This document shows, piece by piece, positions 17,204-24,154 of a stretch of 24,154 bases of DNA. The DNA is from a virus (lineage: Duplodnaviria; Caudoviricetes). The notes beneath the pieces are model-generated. The model did not search any database. It had not been told where the DNA came from and saw nothing but the letters and a program-made list of their open reading frames with translations. Numbering within the stretch: position 1 is the stretch's first letter; every line of letters starts with the position of its first letter. The position numbers and the translations under genes were made by a program. The stretch covers positions 1 to 24,154 of the IMG/VR virus record IMGVR_UViG_3300033509_000030; one strand, 5' to 3'.

Positions 17204-19294
17204 TTAGAAACTCTTACTGCGCCGCAGTACCCCTAAGTTGTGGGATCTTATACCACCGACGCTGTTGTCATACTTGATTATGAGATTCCCATGAGAATCT
17301 TCTTTCACGTACTTTGCTTGGGTTGTAGGTATACCGCCCCAAGAAGGGCCCGCCGTGGCACTCCTACCTGAAAGATCACGAGAGATAAACGTATCTGGAG
17401 TAATCTGTTTATCCTTTGGAAATCCTTTCTGTTTACTACGAGCTTCATAGCCGTCTATGACGATTCCACCAGCTAGTTCTTTGTGATCCCCGTGTGCTGT
17501 AATGAACACATCCTTAGTAAAATTGTCAGACCCAAGATCTGACATCTTCATGTGGAACCCTAGGATTGCCAGGTAGAGACAGGTCACAGTGTGGTCTACT
17601 GTAGAGGCCCACTTAGGGCGCCCGGTAGTGCCGTACTTCTCGATAGCGAGGTCGTAGAGTTGTGGGATGATTCCCCAGTCTTCTTCGTCGTCTTTGTAGT
17701 TCTCCGAGTAGGGAACAGATATCATGCCGCGCTCAAACGCATTGACCATAAGATTAATGGCAAACTCCTTGTTCTCCTTCTTAACGATCTGACCAGTAAC
17801 TGGATCCCTGATCTCTTGAAACCCATTCATCCTAACAGGAACATAGCCCCGCTGTAGTTTGGTATCACCTAACTGTTTGGCAGTCTTTTTGATCATCTCA
17901 GTTTGCATATCACCAAAGCCGGCGTCAACATAACAGTAGTCCGCCTTCCAGTGCTGAAAGGTTTTTATCACAGCCCAGCATGAGTTTTCAAAGTTATGCT
18001 CAGTATCACGAACTACTACTTTATCCACCATACGATACTTCATGTACTTAGCGTCGTACTCTACAACGAGGATGTTCGTTCCTATCTTTCTACCGTTCCA
18101 GTCTACGCCAACTACATAACGACACCCATCCCTAGGGCCCGCATTACGCAACCTAGCCATGTCATACACGTCGGTGCATTTGTTAATATGCTCTGGGGAT
18201 AACAAAGCCTCAAGAAGAGTACCAAAGTCACCAAGATATTCCTTCTTGTACTTGTCTACAGATAGGGTACCACGATAGAGTTTATCAGCGTCGTAGGTAT
18301 AACTTGGTGAAGCATGGGACAGAATGTGGAATTCTTTGAACCCGAAGGTTTTATCAGTACACCATTCGTAAAAGAATCCGCGCTTACCAGAAGGAGTAGA
18401 CGATAGCAGGATACGACACTCTGGGTCATCAGACTTAACGGCTAGTACGGCTTGTAGTGCATCTTCAGATATGTAGTCCGCCTCATCAAGCACTAGAAGG
18501 TTAGCACCAGCACCACGCACCCTATCAGCTGTTTTTGATTGTTTATCACCACCAGTACAGTACCCTTCGTATTTAGAACCGTTACTAAACGTGATGGTGT
18601 GCTTAGTCTTGTTGTACTTTAAGAACTTGGAGTCTTTCATACTAACTGACTGATCTAGCCAATGTATGAGTTTCTCTTCGAACTTCATGAGCTGAGTCTC
18701 GAACGGAGCAATCAAGATCACGTTGAAGTCTTCATACCTGTTCAGATAGAACAAGACCTCAATGGCCATCGATTCAGACTTACCTACCCGCCGTCCAGCC
18801 CTATAGACTTTAAGTTCGGCCGAACAATCAAGCATGGCTTTTTGATACCAACGGTCAGCTGATACCTGGCGCCCCTTGTTGGTGAATTCAAAGCCATCAG
18901 TTAGGAAACCTAGTTCAGCAGCAGCCCACTTAACTGGATCACTATTTACTTCTACGAGCTTGTACTCCTCATCGGATCCACCCATAGATTTCCATTCAGC
19001 TAAAGGAATCTCAGGGGTCTCAAGTGAACCGCTACACTTGGGAAACACATGCTCGTACTTGGGTTTCTTTATGGTAGGCTGAAACTTACGCTCTTCTTCA
19101 GCGTTGTACTTTGCATACCACTCTTTACAGAAATCACAAAAGTGCTTATCTGGTTTACAGCTCTGCTGTTTGTAAGTATCAAATGGTTCTAGAGCTTCAG
19201 CAGTGTGCTCTTTAATCTGAGCTAGAAAATCGGTGGAAGACATAGACCGCATGGACTGAGCAGTCTTAACAGCTGTAGGTTCTTGGTAGCCCAT
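17204..19294 (-). CDS. terL: Terminase large subunit (696 aa)
   Basis: Adenine-binding WYQ, Walker A AGRRVGKS, Walker B LLVLDEAD, coupling motif SSTP, and RNase H-like nuclease motifs VVGVDWN, YVDAGFG and DHTVT. Confidence 0.95.
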   Translation of the reverse strand: MGYQEPTAVKTAQSMRSMSSTDFLAQIKEHTAEALEPFDTYKQQSCKPDKHFCDFCKEWYAKYNAEEERKFQPTIKKPKYEHVFPKCSGSLETPEIPLAEWKSMGGSDEEYKLVEVNSDPVKWAAAELGFLTDGFEFTNKGRQVSADRWYQKAMLDCSAELKVYRAGRRVGKSESMAIEVLFYLNRYEDFNVILIAPFETQLMKFEEKLIHWLDQSVSMKDSKFLKYNKTKHTITFSNGSKYEGYCTGGDKQSKTADRVRGAGANLLVLDEADYISEDALQAVLAVKSDDPECRILLSSTPSGKRGFFYEWCTDKTFGFKEFHILSHASPSYTYDADKLYRGTLSVDKYKKEYLGDFGTLLEALLSPEHINKCTDVYDMARLRNAGPRDGCRYVVGVDWNGRKIGTNILVVEYDAKYMKYRMVDKVVVRDTEHNFENSCWAVIKTFQHWKADYCYVDAGFGDMQTEMIKKTAKQLGDTKLQRGYVPVRMNGFQEIRDPVTGQIVKKENKEFAINLMVNAFERGMISVPYSENYKDDEEDWGIIPQLYDLAIEKYGTTGRPKWASTVDHTVTCLYLAILGFHMKMSDLGSDNFTKDVFITAHGDHKELAGGIVIDGYEARSKQKGFPKDKQITPDTFISRDLSGRSATAGPSWGGIPTTQAKYVKEDSHGNLIIKYDNSVGGIRSHNLGVLRRSKSF

Positions 19295-19296
19295 TT

Positions 19297-19307
19297 GTTT
19301 GATACGA
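19297..19307 (-). promoter_or_regulatory. Intergenic motif TCGTATCAAAC, copy 2
   Basis: Ends 2 nt before the terL ATG, which lacks an SD. Identical to 6593-6603. Confidence 0.4.
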
Positions 19308-19346
19308 GTAAAACTGTATTATCTAAAGGTATGCAGGTATGAGGCC

Positions 19347-20129
19347 TCAAGAATACGCATGAACGAGTTGCTCGTACGCATCTAGGTACCGAACGTTGGT
19401 ATAGGAAGGGGGAAGTCCTACTATATACCTCGGATCGTTAGTAGCATGTGCCCAACAGTGGCATTCGTGACACAGTGTGATACCATTGTCTACCTCATAA
19501 CGGAGGCTAGGATAATGAGACCAAGCTCTGAGATGGTGTGCATTTAACTTACCTCCAGTAGTCTTACATTCTTGGCAAGTGTATTGATCTCGCTCGTACA
19601 CACCTGCTCTCCATATTACATAATCTTCAGCATTGCTATTACGCGCCTCATAACCTCCTTTCCAATTATGATTATTGCTACTTTTATTGGCGGGAGTCAT
19701 CTGCCATGCGGAATAACAAATCTTACTACAAAATCTTGAATATTTACCATTTTTATGGTAGCTATGAATTATAGGTCCACCGCAACTTTCGCACACACGT
19801 GATATAGCTATACCTCTCTTGCAAGTTGAACTGCAGAACACCCCACCAGATATGCGTCGTTGTCTATTTATCTCACCAGCAGACTTTAGGCCGGTTAGTG
19901 TACTACACTTCTCGCAGGGGATTTCATACAGGGCGGCTCCTTTGACAAAACCTTGTTTTCCGCGTCGTAGTGTGTAAGCCACTATTTCAAACTCTAATTC
20001 ATTCGAGTTTTTGTTACGCTTGTTTCTATGACTTGAGCGAGTCTGTCCCTTACTGGAGCATTCTCTAGAACAGAATTTACGTTCAGGAGATATTTCCTTA
20101 GAACACTCAGTATTATTGCATTTTCCCAT
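19347..20129 (-). CDS. HNH endonuclease with three N-terminal Cys-rich zinc-finger-like repeats (putative homing endonuclease)
   Basis: Three C..C...FCSxxC units, NHNWKGG, then RDQYTCQEC...LNAHH...DNGITLCHECH. The track start at 20162 is a TTG lying inside a -35 box; ATG 20129 is preferred. Confidence 0.88.
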   Translation of the reverse strand: MGKCNNTECSKEISPERKFCSRECSSKGQTRSSHRNKRNKNSNELEFEIVAYTLRRGKQGFVKGAALYEIPCEKCSTLTGLKSAGEINRQRRISGGVFCSSTCKRGIAISRVCESCGGPIIHSYHKNGKYSRFCSKICYSAWQMTPANKSSNNHNWKGGYEARNSNAEDYVIWRAGVYERDQYTCQECKTTGGKLNAHHLRAWSHYPSLRYEVDNGITLCHECHCWAHATNDPRYIVGLPPSYTNVRYLDAYEQLVHAYS

Positions 20130-20162
20130 ACAACTAGTATAAAGTATGTACATACCTGTCAA
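20130..20162 (-). promoter_or_regulatory. Sigma70-type promoter for the HNH gene, with a palindromic operator-like site
   Basis: TTGACA (20162-20157), 15-nt spacer, TATACT (20141-20136), 6 nt, then ATG. Perfect 12-bp palindrome GTATGTACATAC at 20144-20155. Confidence 0.55.
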
Positions 20163-20953
20163 TGAAACTGGTGCAGGTAACTTGCTTCGTTACCAAGTGC
20201 GCGTTGCATTCCGCTTTGACTTAGTTGCATAGCCCTCATGGCTTGTTGTCTTGTGGTGTACGCCATCCTAGAATCTTGGAACCCCTGTCCAGCCATTACT
20301 GGTGATCTGGACATAGCCCTTGCTTCTCTACCCCTAGAGGCTACAGCCCCAGTGATTGCACTACCTAGTTCGAATCCTAGTTGAGAGAAGCCGATAGACA
20401 TACCAACTACGCCGAGGGCTCTAGCTTTACGAGCCACACCCAAAGCATCTCTAAGACCCTCTGGTGTTCCTGGGTTCGCTATGACGTCAGCTACGGATCG
20501 TCGTAAAGCAACCCTTCGCTTATACAAATCTGGTGTATCTACAATTCCACGTATAAAGTTCTTTCCCCAAGGAGAAGCATCTGCAAGCCAGTTAGCTCCA
20601 GCGTTTATTTTCCTACGAATTCGTTGCTTACCCCACCCAGGTGCCTCAGAGGCATCATCGAGTCGATCTCTAAGCATTCCCTCTATTTTACCACGAGGAC
20701 TGTCTGGACCTAAAGCTGGCCAACGGGCATCTAAGTTATCACGGTGGCTGTTAACAAACTCTCTTCGCCACTCACTAGACTTCCGCATGTCAAACTTTAG
20801 GTCTTTATTTAAACTAGCATAACCACCTAAAGTACTTTCGTAAACATGGTCTGCGTAGAAGTCGGCAGCTAGTCCTACAGCTATACCACCTATGGAATTG
20901 TAGACAGCATCAGAACTAGCGAATGGAGAGTTTAATGACTCTTCAGTGTACAT
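20159..20953 (-). CDS. Hypothetical protein (264 aa); candidate internal virion/ejection protein
   Basis: TAATG coupling. Gly-rich hydrophobic segments (SIGGIAVGLAA; ALGVVGMSIGFSQLGFELGSAITGAVA). Gln/Met-rich helical C-terminus. Confidence 0.7.
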   Translation of the reverse strand: MYTEESLNSPFASSDAVYNSIGGIAVGLAADFYADHVYESTLGGYASLNKDLKFDMRKSSEWRREFVNSHRDNLDARWPALGPDSPRGKIEGMLRDRLDDASEAPGWGKQRIRRKINAGANWLADASPWGKNFIRGIVDTPDLYKRRVALRRSVADVIANPGTPEGLRDALGVARKARALGVVGMSIGFSQLGFELGSAITGAVASRGREARAMSRSPVMAGQGFQDSRMAYTTRQQAMRAMQLSQSGMQRALGNEASYLHQFH

Positions 20954-21615
20954 TAGCCATTACCACGATCCATGACGCGCATTGTTCCGCCTATGGCAGC
21001 AGTGCCGGCAGCAGCAAGTCCGCCTAATTTAAGAGCGCCGCCAACGCCTGTACCGTACCCGCCGATCTCTTCACCGAACCGCTTAAAGTTATCATCACCT
21101 CCTCTAGCTTTTCTATTAAGTGACCTAAGCCCACTTGTATAGCCCTGTTTGTCTTTTACTTTACTAGGTAACGCTTCCAATGCATCGAAATATTCTTTAG
21201 CTTCTTTACTTGAACTCTTAGTCGTCTCACGGGAGGCCTTAAAATCCTCAAGAAGTTTAGTACCCTTAGTTGAGTAATCAGCATCCGCAGGGTTAAGGGA
21301 CTGTACGGCCTTATTAAAGTCACGTGAACTTTTAAGGCCAGCCTTGATTTCTTTACCCAATCCCTTACCCCTAGAGAGACTCTTACTCAGGGCCTTAATA
21401 CCACGAGGTACCATAGCGGCTCCACCCACAAGAGCCCCCATACCAATAGCAGATCCTACTGGGCTATGCTTAGCTCCAGTTATTTGGTTAACAGCCACAC
21501 CAGTTGCTAGCAAACCAGCGGCTCCGCCTCCTACGAGCAAGGCTGTTTTCTGTCCAGGCTTTAGTGCGCTGAACGAACTTGTTAGTGCGTTTCTAATAGC
21601 TCCTGTTGCTGCCAT
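20953..21615 (-). CDS. Gly/Ala-rich hypothetical protein (220 aa) with glycine-zipper-like hydrophobic segments
   Basis: GAGG SD. Segments LLVGGGAAGLLATGVAV, AIGMGALVGGAAMV and GVGGALKLGGLAAAGTAAIGG. Confidence 0.75.
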   Translation of the reverse strand: MAATGAIRNALTSSFSALKPGQKTALLVGGGAAGLLATGVAVNQITGAKHSPVGSAIGMGALVGGAAMVPRGIKALSKSLSRGKGLGKEIKAGLKSSRDFNKAVQSLNPADADYSTKGTKLLEDFKASRETTKSSSKEAKEYFDALEALPSKVKDKQGYTSGLRSLNRKARGGDDNFKRFGEEIGGYGTGVGGALKLGGLAAAGTAAIGGTMRVMDRGNG

Positions 21616-21616
21616 G

Positions 21617-22084
21617 TTATCCTCTCTTGTTATTACGTACTGTTTTGCTACGTCGGTAGCGTCGTCTATTATAAGTCTCGAAATGAAGTTGCTTGACTAG
21701 TTTCCACAAATGACCAGTACTTACTTTAGTCATGCTATTGTACTCTGGACATTCAAGTTTCATAGCCTTATGCGCTTCGATGTGACAAGCCTGACACAAC
21801 AGAACCCCGTTATCAATTTTGAACATATCATTTGGGAACAAGTACTTGGGCTTGATATGGTGACAATCGAACCTTACCTTTCGACTAGCTTTCTTGTCTT
21901 TGCCACATTGCTTACACTGGTAGTTGCATCTACGCCTTACGTCAGATTTCCATTTTCTGTACTCATCTGATTTGACTATTATCTTCCAGGGACTAGGAGC
22001 TATCTCCTTACGATTCAATCGTTTATCTAACTTAGTAGGTTTACTACCGAGGTCGTCTTGTGTGGATACGGTTCGTTTACCCAT
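21617..22084 (-). CDS. HNH endonuclease (about 155 aa)
   Basis: YRKWKSDVRRRCNYQCKQC...DCHHIKP...DNGVLLCQACH. The preferred start is ATG 22084, overlapping the upstream stop (ATGGGTAA), rather than 22153. Confidence 0.85.
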   Translation of the reverse strand: MGKRTVSTQDDLGSKPTKLDKRLNRKEIAPSPWKIIVKSDEYRKWKSDVRRRCNYQCKQCGKDKKASRKVRFDCHHIKPKYLFPNDMFKIDNGVLLCQACHIEAHKAMKLECPEYNSMTKVSTGHLWKLVKQLHFETYNRRRYRRSKTVRNNKRG

Positions 22085-22529
22085 GTCGTTTGTTGTGCAT
22101 CCCCATAACGCGCCTACCACTAACATCTGGCATGCGTGAGGCACCTGGATCACCTACGCCAAATGCACCAGGGCCGGCCCCGTAAGCTGAACCCTCTTGA
22201 GCATTAGCCATTGCCTCTGGTGTAATCTCTCTATTGAATTTGAAACTAGACATACCCATACCAACGATGGTACCCATGGCTAGAGAACCTCCTAGAGTCT
22301 TTCTGGCACCGAAACGAGGTTCCCACTTATCGAGCAATCCCAAAGAGGCTTTCTCCATACCTGGTCGAAACCCTCGCATAAACGAGTCGTTGACAGCGTT
22401 TAACTTATTGAAGGTACCCTTACCAACGCTCAATGTGCCCTCAGCTAGTGACTTAATACCACTTCGCGCTGTGCCGTAGACAGAAGCCATGTCTACATCA
22501 GAAGTTAACTTGTTCCAGAATTTTGCCAT
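22077..22529 (-). CDS. Gly-rich hypothetical protein (150 aa)
   Basis: TGATG coupling with the upstream gene. Hydrophobic LGGSLAMGTIVGMGMS segment. Ends MHNKRHG. Confidence 0.7.
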   Translation of the reverse strand: MAKFWNKLTSDVDMASVYGTARSGIKSLAEGTLSVGKGTFNKLNAVNDSFMRGFRPGMEKASLGLLDKWEPRFGARKTLGGSLAMGTIVGMGMSSFKFNREITPEAMANAQEGSAYGAGPGAFGVGDPGASRMPDVSGRRVMGMHNKRHG

Positions 22530-24154
22530 CAGACCATCACTCCGCCGTTGAGTCTACTGTAAGTTGTCTCTTGATATTTTAGCGCCATGGGACGATTCTG
22601 TAAGTGCGGGCCATTCTTGACTCCATGACGCTTATTCATACTAAACGTAGTTTGCCTAGGCCACATCGGTCGGTTAGCAGTTCTTGAACACGCCATACCG
22701 TTAGCTGCAATCTTAGCGCTAGGCTTTCTCCAAATGGGTTTAACGGGAGACTCTATGTCGTAGGTGTTATTGCTCATGGTAGTGTGACGTATAACAGTAT
22801 CAGCTACGTAGGCACTACCTGCTACACCAACAGCAGCAGCACCGGCCCCAACGTATAGGCTAGTCTTAAGGGAGGCGCCTCCTATTACCTCACTAAATTC
22901 ATAGGCACGCCTATAACGCCCTACCCACTTATTAACTACATCGTAGGGTTGCGCATCACCGCCCTTGTACATCTCTCTAACTGAACTCTTGTAGTTCTTA
23001 AGATCTTCTATTCCTATAATGCCGGCTTGATGCATTTCCCATTCAACTGGATCAGCATCAGCTTCAATCTTATACTTAAGCCTAGTATTCCAGTCGGGTA
23101 TACTACTAGAACTACTAGGTACTCCGATTGTTCTTTCTATAGCAGATTTTACAACCTTGTCGTCAATCAACCCGGCTTCTGCAAATTCCTTTATCAATGG
23201 ATCCATGAACTCTTCTATGAATTCCATGCTAACATCATTAGCAAGACTACGCCTGGAGTTAAAGTCAGATCTATCTTTAGAGCTACGATTTATACCATTT
23301 ATCTGAGCATCAGGGTGTACTCCCTTCATCATGGAATAAGTAATACCAAGTAGAGCGGCAGCTCCAATACCACCTGCAACTAATAGACCAGTCTTTCCCT
23401 TACCAGCAAAAACATTATCAATAGTAGATTTAACATTTGGAGTAGGAAGTTTAGGTGCTTCTACTACAGGTGGGCGCGGAGGAATAGGCGCTGGAGATGG
23501 AGCGCGAGGAGCTGGAGGTGGTGTTGGAGGTGCAGACGACGTAGGGGCAGGAGAACCGAAGTCTATACCTAGAGCTTCAGATAACTGTTCTCTCTGATAC
23601 TTATCTAGATTATCTATAGTAGGTTTTGCAGTGTGAGATATTGTAGGTCCCGGTGTGGATACAGATGAAGCTTTATTAGAAAACACATAGTCGTCTGCAT
23701 CAGCGCCATAAGCCCCAAGTGGCTTAAGTCCACTTACAGCTCGTATATTATCTAGTATCTCATTATGGTGTTTAAGTGTAGACTCAGGAGTATGTCCGCT
23801 AAAACCTACCTCGCCGCCTTTCATGGGAACCCAACTACCCATATTAGCGTAGTCAGCTACGGCCTTACGACTAGCATCATACTCTGATGGTGCATTCTTT
23901 TTTACAATGTTCAAAGCAACTTCTGCTTTTCCAAATAGATTAACTTTATTACTATCCTGTAAATAAGTTATAGGTAGATCACCATACTTTCCGCGCAGAG
24001 CAGCTAATGCTTCGTCTTGCTTATTCTGACTAAGATTAGTGTCGTTAGCTACAACAAAACCAACTACTTTATCAATTTTAGTATGAGCTTCGTTATACCC
24101 AAATGAGGTACGACCTACTATATCACGTGCTGTAGCTGATTTTCTATTATTTGA
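22529..24154 (-). CDS. Partial large hypothetical protein (at least 541 aa) with a Pro-rich linker and Gly-rich hydrophobic helices; start lies beyond the window
   Basis: The frame stays open upstream of the track's TTG at 23914 to the window end (SNNRKSATARDIVGRTSFGYNEAH...NLFGKAEVALNIVKK). Contains PPTPPPAPRAPSPAPIPPRPP, KTGLLVAGGIGAAALLGITY and LYVGAGAAAVGVAGSAYVA. Confidence 0.75.
   Translation of the reverse strand, partial: SNNRKSATARDIVGRTSFGYNEAHTKIDKVVGFVVANDTNLSQNKQDEALAALRGKYGDLPITYLQDSNKVNLFGKAEVALNIVKKNAPSEYDASRKAVADYANMGSWVPMKGGEVGFSGHTPESTLKHHNEILDNIRAVSGLKPLGAYGADADDYVFSNKASSVSTPGPTISHTAKPTIDNLDKYQREQLSEALGIDFGSPAPTSSAPPTPPPAPRAPSPAPIPPRPPVVEAPKLPTPNVKSTIDNVFAGKGKTGLLVAGGIGAAALLGITYSMMKGVHPDAQINGINRSSKDRSDFNSRRSLANDVSMEFIEEFMDPLIKEFAEAGLIDDKVVKSAIERTIGVPSSSSSIPDWNTRLKYKIEADADPVEWEMHQAGIIGIEDLKNYKSSVREMYKGGDAQPYDVVNKWVGRYRRAYEFSEVIGGASLKTSLYVGAGAAAVGVAGSAYVADTVIRHTTMSNNTYDIESPVKPIWRKPSAKIAANGMACSRTANRPMWPRQTTFSMNKRHGVKNGPHLQNRPMALKYQETTYSRLNGGVMV

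Noticed and set aside
17204-22084. Intein or group I intron associated with terL or the HNH genes
   Set aside because: TerL motifs are contiguous and normally spaced. The HNH genes lie between complete genes, with too little flanking sequence for a ribozyme core.
305-22531. No gene uses TAG as its primary stop, raising possible amber recoding
   Set aside because: Genes are intact and densely packed under the standard code, with no in-frame TAG interruptions. TAG appears as a backup stop after the decoration gene, and low TAG use is common.
500-23353. Other short + strand ORFs and alternative-frame minus ORFs in the track
   Set aside because: All overlap longer, well-supported minus-strand genes and lack motifs; treated as shadow ORFs.
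23480-23560. GGA/GGT-rich low-complexity DNA
   Set aside because: It encodes the Pro-rich linker on the minus strand and is not a repeat array or CRISPR.
23912-23914. Track start (TTG) of the 461-aa ORF
   Set aside because: The frame is open to the window end, so this is probably an internal Leu codon.

Overview
This window is the packaging, head and fibre module of a large tailed dsDNA bacteriophage (Caudoviricetes). All credible genes lie on the minus strand and are tightly packed, often with TAATG/ATGA/TGATG stop-start overlaps. Reading from high to low coordinates: four Gly/Ala-rich proteins with hydrophobic segments (candidate internal/ejection proteins) interleaved with two HNH endonucleases; terminase large subunit; an unknown 744-aa protein; portal; prohead protease-scaffold; a putative decoration protein; major capsid protein followed by a cUUCGg terminator; a post-capsid protein; an Ig-domain/head-tail-adaptor-like protein; a DUF5659-like protein; then accessory virion and fibre proteins, ending in a truncated autotransporter-passenger-like gene missing from the ORF track. 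The most notable observations are a hydrophobic-X-Asp signature suggesting an Asp-specific maturation protease, a nested in-frame scaffold gene, an 11-nt motif shared by intergenic spacers, and a leaderless promoter with a palindromic operator-like site in front of an HNH gene. I saw no RNA genes, CRISPR arrays, integrase, introns or inteins. All family calls come from motif recognition by eye, not database searches.
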